A stretch of 64,000 bases of DNA, taken from NCBI GenBank assembly GCA_050506795.1, contig JBJHCF010000001.1, forward strand, positions 192,001-256,000, in the 5' to 3' direction. A program made the translations under genes and the position numbers. Origin of the DNA: Opitutia bacterium (GTDB lineage Bacteria; Verrucomicrobiota; Verrucomicrobiia; Opitutales; T3Sed10-336). The notes beneath the pieces are model-generated. The model was not told the DNA's origin and did not search any database. It saw only the letters and a list, made by a program, of their open reading frames with translations. Positions 27,588 through 36,319 of this stretch are shown one piece after another. The first letter of the stretch is position 1. Each line of letters starts with the position of its first letter.

Positions 27588-30371
27588 GATGCGGCGGTGG
27601 TTTCGAGATTGGCGGTGTCATCGGTATACCATCCTTCGGCCTCGGCTTCGCTGGCCTGCTGGTCCGCGAGGCGCAGGATGGCTTCGAGGAAGGAGAGTCC
27701 CCAAGGTCCGTGTTGGCGGAGCAATCTCCAGAAACGGTCGGGGATACCTGAGTCGAGGCGGTGGGCGGGTTTGTCCTTGCGCTCGCTTCCGGAGATGGAG
27801 ATGGCGGGTGCGCCGGGCAGACTTTGGGTGCCAAGCGGTGGCGGATCGGGATCGTCGATGACCGGGGCGAAGGGGCGGGCGTGTCCGTGGTGGGCGGCGA
27901 TGAGGTGGAACGCGAGATCGCGAAGGCCGGCGGCATCGGGCAGAAGGTCCGCCGCGTCCGGGTGGGTGGCAAGCGGGAGCGAGCTGAATTCGTGTCGGAA
28001 GCCTTTGGGCAATGCGGAACGTCGGTGCGCGAGTTCCCGTTCGCGGAGGCTGGCGGAGAGGCGGTCGGATTTGGCCAGGGGCTCCGGAAGGGCGTAGGCG
28101 GCGTGTGGGTTGCCGCCGAGGAGCAAGGCCTGAAAGCGCGGATCGAGTTTGCCCCAGTCGTGCAGATCAGCGGCGGCGGCGAGGCAATTCCGGATGTCTT
28201 CGCTCAGTCCGAGAGCCCGGGCACTGGCGACGACGAGATCCCTGACGTGATCGGTGTGTGCACACAGGGTCACCGGACCGGTGCCGGTGGCGCGGCTCCA
28301 TTCGTCGGCTTCGTCTTCGGCTTGAGTGATAACTTGATTCTGGCGGAGGCGATCACGGAGGCGGCGGCGGGTGGTGAGAACGATGCCGCGTTCGTCGGCA
28401 TAGCGTGCTTGGGTGAATCCGAGTTTGTGCAGGGAAATCAGTAATTCCTTTAGATGCTGAAAACGGGCTTCCTCCTGCGAAGCTTCTTTAAGTAGGTTTC
28501 GCAGCTCTCTCTGGTTCAGACTTGCGTCCGGATCGTCGGCATACTGGATGAGTTCCTGCCAGGCTTCCCTGCCGCTTACGCCGGGAAACAAGTCAGCGCG
28601 GAGGCGAAGCAAGGCCCGGTCGTGGGTGATGCGGAAGGCCTCTTCCGCACGGTCGATGGGAAGAAGTTGGTCCAATGGGAGCGGCTCTTCTTTTTCTTTA
28701 AGACTCCCCGGATCGGTTGGGGCACCTGGAATGTGTCCGAGCTGGCTCCAGCCGCCAAGGGTGAGGGGAAGGACAATGGTGTCGCCGGGGTAAAGGTCTC
28801 CCGGTCGCTCGATCACTTTGCTTTCGGAAGCTCCTCTCCACAGGAGCGCGGTGCCGATTGGCTCTTTTGGGTCGTTTCGACCTGCCGGTGCGTCGGCGGA
28901 GGCGGCCGCGTCGAGCACGTCGCCGGTGTCGGCGAGGACGGCGGTCTTCGCGTTCGACTTGAAAAACCAGTTCTGGAAAACGTGCAGGGGAACGGGGAGG
29001 GCTTCGACTTGCGAGGGCGGGCAAAGGCTGAGGTTCTGAATCGCGGCATCAGGATCGGCATTCTCCGGAAGGTCGGCCCGCCAGAGAACGAGAACATCCG
29101 GGCGGGCGGTCTGCTTACCGTGGAGGAAAAGCGCGGGATCGGGATCTGGCCAGGGGGCGGGATTGGTTTGCGCCCAGGCGTCGAGGTAGGCGGGGAAGAG
29201 GGGCGGCGCGGACGAGGTCGGAGCTTGGAGGCGGTTGAGTTCCTCCTCGGGAAGATTCTTCACGAGCTCGCCCATGTGGGTGAGTCCGAAGTCGACCGAG
29301 TTCCCGGAGGCGACGGATTGGAGCCAGTTCCAGGTTTCCGACAAGGCGTTGCCGTAGATGGGGTCGAGCGGTTGGCCGTCGGCGGCGAGTTTGTCCAATT
29401 TCTTGCGATCGGTTTCGATCAGGTGGCCCGGCATAACGATGCACCCGGTGGCCGGGATGTCGCGTCCGGCACGGTTGAGGCGGCCGAAGCGTCGGCGGAG
29501 GGCGTCGAGGCTGGCGCATTCCGTGACGAGGCCGTCGAAGTCGAGGTCGGCGCCGACCTCAAGGCACTGAGTGGCCACGACAACTTCCACTGGGGGCGGT
29601 GTTTCGCCGTCGGGGATTGGTTCGCGCCGGGCGGCGGTTTTGAGGGCGGCCTGGATGCGTTGGGTTTCGGCGTCGCGGTCGATGGGGCGCATCCGCCCGA
29701 TCAGGAGAGAGGTGTTCGCCTGAAAGCGGGCCTTTTTTGATTTGGATTCCTTTGCGACCAAGTCGGCGACCAGGCGGGCGGTGGCCACGCGGTTAACCAT
29801 GATGGCGAGCGAACGCGGCGTGGTTTCGGCAATGATGGCGGCCGCTTGGTCGAGGAGGTCGGCGGCGAGGGTTTCCTGCTCCCTGGCCTTGGTTTTTGCC
29901 GAAGAGATTGTCAGGCGAACCGGCTTGGTGGCGTTCAGGCGTTTGGTCAGCACCGGGTGCTCGCGGTCGGCGTCGGTGAGGGCGATCGTGTTTGTGGCAC
30001 CCTTTGGAGGCGTGGCGGTCATCTGCACCCAGCGCAGTGGCGGCGGCTTTATGGAGTCCGGGTTTTGGGCGATATGGTGTTCGCGAAAGCGTTGGAGCGC
30101 GGCCACGGTTTCGGCGAAGGGGCGGCTGATGTGGGCTTCGTCGAGAATCCACAGCGCATCCGTTGCGACCAAGGCGGCGTGGATGGGCCTGGGCGGCAAG
30201 CGCATAGACCGTCATTTCGAGACAGGCAGTCTTGCCGCTGCCCGTAGGCGCGGCGATGAAATCGGGCCAGTCCCCGGCAACCGCGCGTTCGGCAAGCTTG
30301 CGTTGCCAGGGGAAGAGAGTGTGGCTGTCGTTAAGTTCGGCGAAAAATTCAGCGAAGGTGGGGAGGGTCAT
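27584..30371 (-). pseudogene. cas3: Type I-G Cas3 (SF2 helicase with C-terminal HD nuclease), disrupted by an internal deletion and frameshift at ~30182-30190
   Basis: N-terminal piece MTLPTFAEFF..FPWQ..APTGSGKT..LAAQAH is in one frame and RPIHAALVATDALWILDEAH..QMTATP..ATQCLEVGADLD..HDWGK..RHE..HHG..RLAD in another; the expected VVDRR and STVDQ/SRLLFRGYG motifs are absent. Confidence 0.85.
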
Positions 30372-30415
30372 GACGATGGAGAGTTGAAAATGAAAGAAGA
30401 ACATCAGCAAAACCG

Positions 30416-30441
30416 GCTGACTCGCATGCGCTCGCCGACGC
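30416..30441 (+). repeat. Left copy of a 26-bp imperfect inverted repeat flanking the HEAT-nuclease gene
   Basis: GCTGACTCGCATGCGCTCGCCGACGC versus the reverse complement of 31400-31425, GCTAACTCACTTTCGTTCGCCGACGC (21/26 identical). Confidence 0.65.
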
Positions 30442-30483
30442 CTTCCGGCAGATCGCCTGATGCAGATTATGGGTCATGTGTGA

Positions 30484-31380
30484 TCAGGACAGGTGGTAGC
30501 CGAAGAGCGAGAGTTTGTTTCGGAGGATCCTGTCGAGGTTTGGTTTGTCGCGAGGGGAGATTGAGATGAGGCGTTTGCCTTCCTGTTGATAGAGTTGCTG
30601 TTTCTTCAGCATGCCGATCTTGTAGTCGGCGGTATCAAGTCCCCAATATTCGATGTAGATGTCTAGTTCCGGGAGATAGAAGTCGGGTCGGATCGCATGA
30701 CCGTTGAGGATGCGGTAACGTTCGTCGTAGCGGTAGGCGATATTGTTGGCGCTGAGCCAATCCGCGATTTTCCGTTCGCCGTCGGACTGCACCAGAGTTC
30801 CGGCCTTGGCGGTGATTTGTTTGTTGAGTTCGACTTTGGTTTCAAAATTGCGTCGTGCGAGGAAGACCTCATCAAAGCACGGATCGCAGTAGTTGCGTTG
30901 GAATGCCTGTTGGCTTTTTGTATGCTCTTCCGGGGAAATCTCGCGTCGGCAGCGAATGCATTTGTGGCGAGCGTTTTCCTGCTCTAGACGGATGGCTTCA
31001 CGAATCGCTTCGGCGGCGGAATGGGCGGCCCGGCGGACGTAGTCCTTGATCTGTTCGTTAGAGGAGAGATCGTCGAGGTCGGCGAGGTGGTCTCTTGCGA
31101 ACGCGCCGAAGGATTTCATGGCCTTGAGGGCGTATTGTTGGACTTGGGGGTGAGGGTCGCGTAGGGCGATGGGCAACAACGCGGGAATCGCCGTGGAGCC
31201 ATCGGCTCCGAAGGGAGCGAGCTTGGCGATGGCGGATGCGGCGAGCCGGCGGACTTCGGCGGACGGGCTGCGAAGAAAACGGATCAGTTCATCCAGTGCA
31301 TCAGGATCGGCGCTGCGTCCAAGTTCAAGAGTGCGCTGAACGTGTTCATGATGTTGCCGGCGATCCATGTGAGTCTTCAT
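30484..31380 (-). CDS. HEAT-repeat / C4 zinc-ribbon / PD-(D/E)XK-like (DUF559/Vsr-like) nuclease-domain protein inside the cas operon
   Basis: HEAT-like units (SPSAEVRRLAASAIAKL; DPHPQVQQYALKAM), CIRC...CDPC, then SDGERKIADWL..IAYRYD..RPDFYLPELDIYIEYWG. Confidence 0.75.
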   Translation of the reverse strand: MKTHMDRRQHHEHVQRTLELGRSADPDALDELIRFLRSPSAEVRRLAASAIAKLAPFGADGSTAIPALLPIALRDPHPQVQQYALKAMKSFGAFARDHLADLDDLSSNEQIKDYVRRAAHSAAEAIREAIRLEQENARHKCIRCRREISPEEHTKSQQAFQRNYCDPCFDEVFLARRNFETKVELNKQITAKAGTLVQSDGERKIADWLSANNIAYRYDERYRILNGHAIRPDFYLPELDIYIEYWGLDTADYKIGMLKKQQLYQQEGKRLISISPRDKPNLDRILRNKLSLFGYHLS

Positions 31381-31399
31381 TATTGAGCCTTGAAATATA

Positions 31400-31425
31400 G
31401 CGTCGGCGAACGAAAGTGAGTTAGC
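31400..31425 (-). repeat. Right copy of the 26-bp imperfect inverted repeat
   Basis: See 30416-30441. Confidence 0.65.
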
Positions 31426-31449
31426 GGATATCGGTGCAGCAGGTTTGTT

Positions 31450-32652
31450 TCACTCGGGCACTCCCTTCCTCCAGGGTTTGCACAAGCCATACCCACGGTA
31501 GCGGCCGGCTCCAAGGAGTACCGGACCGAGGACGGGGCGGTCGAAGCGTAGCCAGACGTGGGCCTGGCGGCGGTTGGGGCCGCCGGGGCGGGTGGGCATG
31601 AGGGGATAGCCGTCAGGGCCGGGCTTGGTGCGCGGTGCGCCGCGGTGCGGGTGTTCCGAAGGTTTGCCGTCAGATTGGTGGCCGTTGACCCATTCCGGGG
31701 TGGGGGCGGTATGTTTTTCAATGGCACCGCGCAGGGCGGTGAGCAGTTGCCAGGTGGATTCGAGTCCAAGGTTGGGGCCTTCCCGTTTGTCGAGAATGAG
31801 GAGGGCGTCGTCGAATACGGTGGAGACGGGTAATGCTTCGTCCGGGTTGTTGGAGAGGCGTTGGTAGGCTTGGGTCATGCTGAGGACGGGGCGACGGGAA
31901 CCGGGTGCGGCGAGGCTTGCCTTCCACGGAACTCCGAATTCGGCTTCAAACTCGGCCTTAACCGTTTTTTGCTCTTTCCCTTTGGTTGATTGGATGCGGG
32001 TGTAGAAATCGTAGAACCGATCCACCGCTTCGCCGTTGTATTGTTCGCGGAGGTAGTCGAGGCAGCCGGGGCCGGGCATGCGGAATCGCTCTAGAGATCT
32101 GGTCCCGCTTTCTTCCTGAGTGGGCACCCAGCCGGATGGTTCGTCCGGGGGATTCTCGCTCAACCACATGCGGACCAGGGACGAGGAATGCCCGATGCGG
32201 ATGACTTTCGCGCAGATCCGCTCCAATGCGTCGCGTTGCGTATCGGTCGGTTCCGCCGCAGGCCAATGAAGATAGAGCATCGACTGGTGGGGACGGACTT
32301 TCGGGAAGGTGCGTGGCTGGCGGTTGGTGCGGTAGGCCGGAATGATCGTCCGTTTGGTCGGCCCCATGTCGTTGGGCGGAACAAATACGTCCACGACATC
32401 GCGACGGTCAATGGTCTCCGAACCGAAGATCAGCGGTGCTTCGAGCTTTTCCAGCCAGCGCAACGCCTCTTCCTCATGTTGCCATGACTGAATGGCAGCC
32501 GTTTCCGAAGGGGTTGGACGGGATTCGAAATAAGCCGCCGCCATGGCCATGAAGACGCGCCCGGGGTGGGGCGGCCACTCCGCCACCGCACGGTCGCCCG
32601 TGGATGTGGCGACCGCGTAACCGGTGAGATATTCGATGCCGAGGGTGAGCAT
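31450..32652 (-). CDS. csb2: Type I-G Csb2 (Cas5/Cas6 fusion), probably with an in-frame deletion in the Cas6-like half
   Basis: AEWPPHPGRVFMAMAAA, ALRWLE, IGHSSSLV, C-terminal GPVLLGAGRYRGYGLC; PSEHPH runs directly into RGAPR without the usual LP..GH.ADG and W.TVTP blocks. Confidence 0.85.
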   Translation of the reverse strand: MLTLGIEYLTGYAVATSTGDRAVAEWPPHPGRVFMAMAAAYFESRPTPSETAAIQSWQHEEEALRWLEKLEAPLIFGSETIDRRDVVDVFVPPNDMGPTKRTIIPAYRTNRQPRTFPKVRPHQSMLYLHWPAAEPTDTQRDALERICAKVIRIGHSSSLVRMWLSENPPDEPSGWVPTQEESGTRSLERFRMPGPGCLDYLREQYNGEAVDRFYDFYTRIQSTKGKEQKTVKAEFEAEFGVPWKASLAAPGSRRPVLSMTQAYQRLSNNPDEALPVSTVFDDALLILDKREGPNLGLESTWQLLTALRGAIEKHTAPTPEWVNGHQSDGKPSEHPHRGAPRTKPGPDGYPLMPTRPGGPNRRQAHVWLRFDRPVLGPVLLGAGRYRGYGLCKPWRKGVPE

Positions 32653-32655
32653 GGA

Positions 32656-33867
32656 TCAGTCTCCGTCTTCGTCGGTGGCTTCGGCGGCGGCGATTTCCTG
32701 ACTGCGCTGGAGAAGCTCGACCAACTGAGGAGCTGGTGTGAGTTTGAGGGGTTCCTTGCGCCATGTAAGGCCAACCTTTTCGGCAGCGGCGACGGCCGAC
32801 TTCAGCGTCCGGATGGCGGAGTCGGCATCAATGGTCAGAACGGAAGGTTTCGCGCCCGGCTTTTCGAGAAGCTCCCATTGAAGTTCTGCTTCTGGCCAGA
32901 GGAGACAGCGGGAGCGAAGATCGTAACCGTTTTCGGCGGCGAGGGCCGAAGCGGTCAGAGCGAGGGCCGCAAGGACGGTTCGCCCGGCGGCATCGGATTC
33001 GGTGGTGGGAGCGCCACCATTGATGGGGAAGCGTAGACGGCGCAACGCAGGGAGGGAAAGGACCGTGGTCTGCTCGGCGTAGTCGATGGTGACGCCGCCT
33101 GTCTTTCGATCCACATCCGGAGGAATATTGCCGTGGTTGACTTCCGAGGGCGACACCGCGCTCTTGGCGGAATCGCTTTTCGCCAAAGTATATCCATCTT
33201 TCGATTTCATGACCTTGGCAGCGGCACGAATTTGCATTGGGTCGATACGGCTGCTGGTTTTGGCGCCGGTTTGTGCGTTGATGCCCACAATCTCCGAAAC
33301 CAGCGCCCGCTGGAACTTCGCGCCCAAGCCGCCCTTCGGGCCGGTGGAATCCCAGATCCCGAAGATCAGGGCCGTCGGGCAGATTTCGTAAAGCGGGGTG
33401 GCGTTGTTGAGACTGGCGTAGTCGAGCTTTTTGCCAATGTCGGATTTGCGGAAGGGAGTGTTGTCGAGGAGACTGTCGCGCAGAATGGCATCCGCCGCGC
33501 GGTGGGGGGCCTGCAGACTCGTGATCCGCCCGATTTCGTCGATGAGTTTAAGGCCCGAGAAATCGACTTCGATGAGTGGAATCGGGCAATCGTCGAAGCG
33601 TCCGGCATCGATGGCCAGTTGGAGCGCTTCTTCGAGGCGGTTGGCCTGCGACTGAACGGAGTCCATGAGGACGCACGGGATGGTAGCGCAAGAGCCGTCC
33701 GGTTGTTTTACGCGACGTTCTTCGGTGGCATAGACCGCGCCGGCATAGGTAGGCGGAAAGGCTTTGTCGCCTTCGCCCCCCGCGGGTTGGAGGCGCGTGC
33801 GGGCGCGGAATGCCGCAGCGGAGCCTGAGACGGCGGATTGGAGAGTCTGGAGGTCGATTAATTTCAT
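32656..33867 (-). CDS. csb1: Type I-G Csb1 / Cas7u backbone protein
   Basis: LQPAGGEGDKAFPPTY, DSVQSQANRLE, APHRAADAILRDS, PTALIFGIWDS, PSEVNHGNIPP, YDLRSRCLL. Confidence 0.92.
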   Translation of the reverse strand: MKLIDLQTLQSAVSGSAAAFRARTRLQPAGGEGDKAFPPTYAGAVYATEERRVKQPDGSCATIPCVLMDSVQSQANRLEEALQLAIDAGRFDDCPIPLIEVDFSGLKLIDEIGRITSLQAPHRAADAILRDSLLDNTPFRKSDIGKKLDYASLNNATPLYEICPTALIFGIWDSTGPKGGLGAKFQRALVSEIVGINAQTGAKTSSRIDPMQIRAAAKVMKSKDGYTLAKSDSAKSAVSPSEVNHGNIPPDVDRKTGGVTIDYAEQTTVLSLPALRRLRFPINGGAPTTESDAAGRTVLAALALTASALAAENGYDLRSRCLLWPEAELQWELLEKPGAKPSVLTIDADSAIRTLKSAVAAAEKVGLTWRKEPLKLTPAPQLVELLQRSQEIAAAEATDEDGD

Positions 33868-33933
33868 AGCTTTTGTATTTGGTGTATTTATTATTTGTTG
33901 AGGGATTTCTAAACCGAAGGGGGGATAGATTCT

Positions 33934-34182
33934 TCAAGCGTTGTTCAACCCGGCCTGACTCTTAATTGTGGCGAATCCGCCTGAATTAAAAGGGGGATTT
34001 AAGACGGTTTCCCGAATGCTGAGCCAGGCGAGGACCACGCCGGCGGTTTTGCCGAGGCCGGTGGGGATGTCGATGAGGCGGGACTGGCAGGCAGGGTCTT
34101 CCGCGAGGCGGCGTTGCCAGTCGTAGGGTTCCGGCGCGCCGGAAGCGGCGGCTTGAAAAAAGCCCGGGTAGGAAAGCTTCAT
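33934..34182 (-). pseudogene. cas3: 5' stub of a second, different Cas3 (copy B), truncated after ..GVVLAWL
   Basis: FFQAA..PYDWQRRLA..LIDIPTGLGKTAGVVLAWL (Q motif plus Walker A) followed by unrelated AT-rich sequence. Confidence 0.8.
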
Positions 34183-34191
34183 TGTTCGTTC

Positions 34192-34220
34192 AGGAAAATG
34201 GCCGGGTTCTTTTTTGGCAA
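34192..34220 (-). promoter_or_regulatory. Putative sigma70-type cas promoter, duplicated at 36617-36645
   Basis: TTGCCA-N17-TTTCCT ending 9 nt before the ATG, conserved in both stub copies. Confidence 0.45.
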
Positions 34221-34509
34221 GTTGGTTCGACTGCGTGGCTTGGGTATTTAATTTGGAGGGGCGGCATCATGCTGCCCCTTCGACTTGGCAGTCTGGCTGT
34301 TGTTTTTCATTCATTTTGAGGACAGTGTAACCGCTGAGGTCAGACATTTACGGTCCTACGTCTGGAGAAGGTTTTTAGACGGGCAGTATTATTTCTTCCC
34401 ACGCTGAATGCACCACACACTGTGGCTCTCGTAGTGTCCGTGCCTCGCCGTAAGCCCCTTGGGAAAGTTGATCGGATGAGTCGGGTTGCAGCCGTTTATG
34501 GGAATTATG

Positions 34510-34814
34510 TCATCGCGAAGAGGGTGTCAGGCGGTCTTTCCAGATTTCCACCAGAGGTTGCCAGTCCGAATGATCGGCCGCTTCAAGTGCGCGAAAATAC
34601 ACTTCTCGCTTTTCTTCTGTCCGGGGAGCCAGTACGACTCGTGGCAGGTAGAGACGGCGGTGAAGGTCGAGGAGAAGCGCTTCGTCGAGCGAGGCATCCC
34701 GGAAAACCTCCTCCTCATACAACACGAGCTCGGTTTTGGCGACCCGTTCTGCGAGGAGCGGGGCCAACTCCGTATAGCTCAGGACGCCTTGCGTCGTTTC
34801 GACGTAGCGGGTCG
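34510..34814 (-). pseudogene. Fic-family toxin remnant with the catalytic core deleted in frame
   Basis: TRYVETTQGVLSYTELAPLLAERV..LDEALLLDLHRR joined to LYLPRV..YFRALEAADHSDWQPL; no HPFxDxNGR motif; lies downstream of an SxxxE antitoxin-like gene. Confidence 0.65.
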
Positions 34815-34976
34815 CTCTGTCCGGTCGAGTATCTCGCGAATCTTCTCCACCGGAACCAGTTCCCTCTCGAAGGCCATGCTATCGGCCACGTCGTGCGGGA
34901 TCGCTTCCTTCCGAATCCGTAGCTTGCGCTCGGATGGCAGGGACCGCCAATCTCGAATGTTCTCCAGCCAGTTCAT
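34779..34976 (-). CDS. VbhA-like antitoxin of the Fic module
   Basis: 65 aa, with VADSMAFER resembling the (S/T)xxxE(G/N) Fic-inhibitory motif; overlaps the Fic remnant. Confidence 0.6.
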   Translation of the reverse strand: MNWLENIRDWRSLPSERKLRIRKEAIPHDVADSMAFERELVPVEKIREILDRTERPATSKRRKAS

Positions 34977-35092
34977 TTCCGGCAATATGCTCGTGAATCG
35001 ACTGTGAAGCAAGCCCAGAGGCGCGACCATCCGCGCTACAAAGACCTGTTTTGGTATTGCGTTATGTCGGGATAGGTAATACTTTGTGCCCC

Positions 35093-35338
35093 ATGAAAAC
35101 GATGACCGTGAAGTTACCCGACGAGCTGGCTGTCCGCTTGGAAAAGCGGGCGAAGCGGCTGGGTGTGTCGAAATCGGCGCTGCTACGGGAGTCGCTGGAG
35201 AGGGGGTTGCACGAGGCGGATTCCGTGGAGGAGGAGCCGTCGATGTATGATTTGGTTAAAGACGATCTTGGTTGTTTCGACAGTGGATTAGGCGATTTAT
35301 CCACAAATCCCAAACACATGGAAGGCTTTGGGCGGTGA
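35093..35338 (+). CDS. CopG/ribbon-helix-helix antitoxin
   Basis: MKTMTVKLPDELAVRLEKRAKRLGVSKSALLRESL; C-terminal DLSTNPKHMEGFG. Confidence 0.85.
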   Translation: MKTMTVKLPDELAVRLEKRAKRLGVSKSALLRESLERGLHEADSVEEEPSMYDLVKDDLGCFDSGLGDLSTNPKHMEGFGR

Positions 35339-35751
35339 GGGAGCGCGTTATCGTCGATACGGGTATTTTGGTGGCGGCTTTCGATCGAGGCGATGCCTGG
35401 ACGGAATGGGTCGCTGATGCGATGAAGCAGGTGCGTCCTCCGATGGTCACCTGCGAGGCGGTGTTGGCGGAAACGTGGTTTTTGCTTCAACACCGACCCG
35501 ATGGATGGAGTAAAGTCGTTAACTGGCTTGAATTGGGATTCCTTAAAGTGGATTTTTCCTTGGTGAAGAACCAAAACGGGGTAATCGGCTTCATGGAAAA
35601 ATACCGTGCCCTTCCCATGTCCCTGGCCGATGCCTGCCTGGTGACGATGGTGGAACAAGGGATCGGCGCCCGCGTTTTCACCCTGGATAGCCATTTTCGA
35701 ATCTACCGCCAAAGTCGCCGGCGCGTGGTGCCGGTGCTCATGCCGGAGTGA
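35335..35751 (+). CDS. vapC: VapC family PIN-domain toxin
   Basis: VIVDTGILVA, TCEAVLAE, MSLADACLV, VFTLDSHFRIYR; GTGA overlap. Confidence 0.9.
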   Translation: MRERVIVDTGILVAAFDRGDAWTEWVADAMKQVRPPMVTCEAVLAETWFLLQHRPDGWSKVVNWLELGFLKVDFSLVKNQNGVIGFMEKYRALPMSLADACLVTMVEQGIGARVFTLDSHFRIYRQSRRRVVPVLMPE

Positions 35752-35785
35752 GGGTTGGAACGCTTGGTTCATACCGATTGCCGAC

Positions 35786-36319
35786 TCATTCTCCGTCTCC
35801 TTTCGCGTGAAAACCGATGGATCTTTTTGGCTTTTCGGGCGGAGGCTGGAGCAGGGGCAGGAGTTTCTGGTAGAGGTCCCAGAGGGCTTGGTCGTGTTGC
35901 ATGAGGGTTTTGTCGATTTCAGCCAAGCGTTTGAGGATGGTGGTATTGGCCATGAGTTCCTCGCGCATCTTCACAAATGCCCGGATGACGTAAACGCTCA
36001 TCGCAACCGCCCGCTCGGAGTTCAGGGTTGTCGAGGCCATGAGCGCGCCGTGCTCGGTGAAGACCCAAGGGAGTGTGCGTCGTCCTCCATGGGAACTTGA
36101 AATCACAGATTGTGATATCAAGTTTGTAAACTCCTCTCGATTAAGCTGAAAGGCGAATTCTTCAGGAAAGCGTTTTCGGTTGCGCTTAAATGCTTGGTTG
36201 AAAACCCGGGTCTCTACGTCGTAAGCGGAGGCGAGGTCGCTATCCACGATAACGTGAGTTCCGCGAATGTAGTGGATCCGAGGGTTTTCAAGCATGGGGG
36301 AAGAAGGTTTGTCGTTCAT
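35786..36319 (-). CDS. ORF6N (KilA-N-like) DNA-binding domain protein
   Basis: IRGTHVIVDSDLASAYDVETRVFNQAFKRN..RFPEEFAFQL, PWVFTEHGALM, VIRAFVKMR, C-terminal IGF. Confidence 0.9.
   Translation of the reverse strand: MNDKPSSPMLENPRIHYIRGTHVIVDSDLASAYDVETRVFNQAFKRNRKRFPEEFAFQLNREEFTNLISQSVISSSHGGRRTLPWVFTEHGALMASTTLNSERAVAMSVYVIRAFVKMREELMANTTILKRLAEIDKTLMQHDQALWDLYQKLLPLLQPPPEKPKRSIGFHAKGDGE

Noticed and set aside
30400..31450. Integron attC sites around the HEAT-nuclease gene
   Set aside because: No proper RYYYAAC/GTTRRRY ends and no integrase in the window; better described as short inverted repeats.
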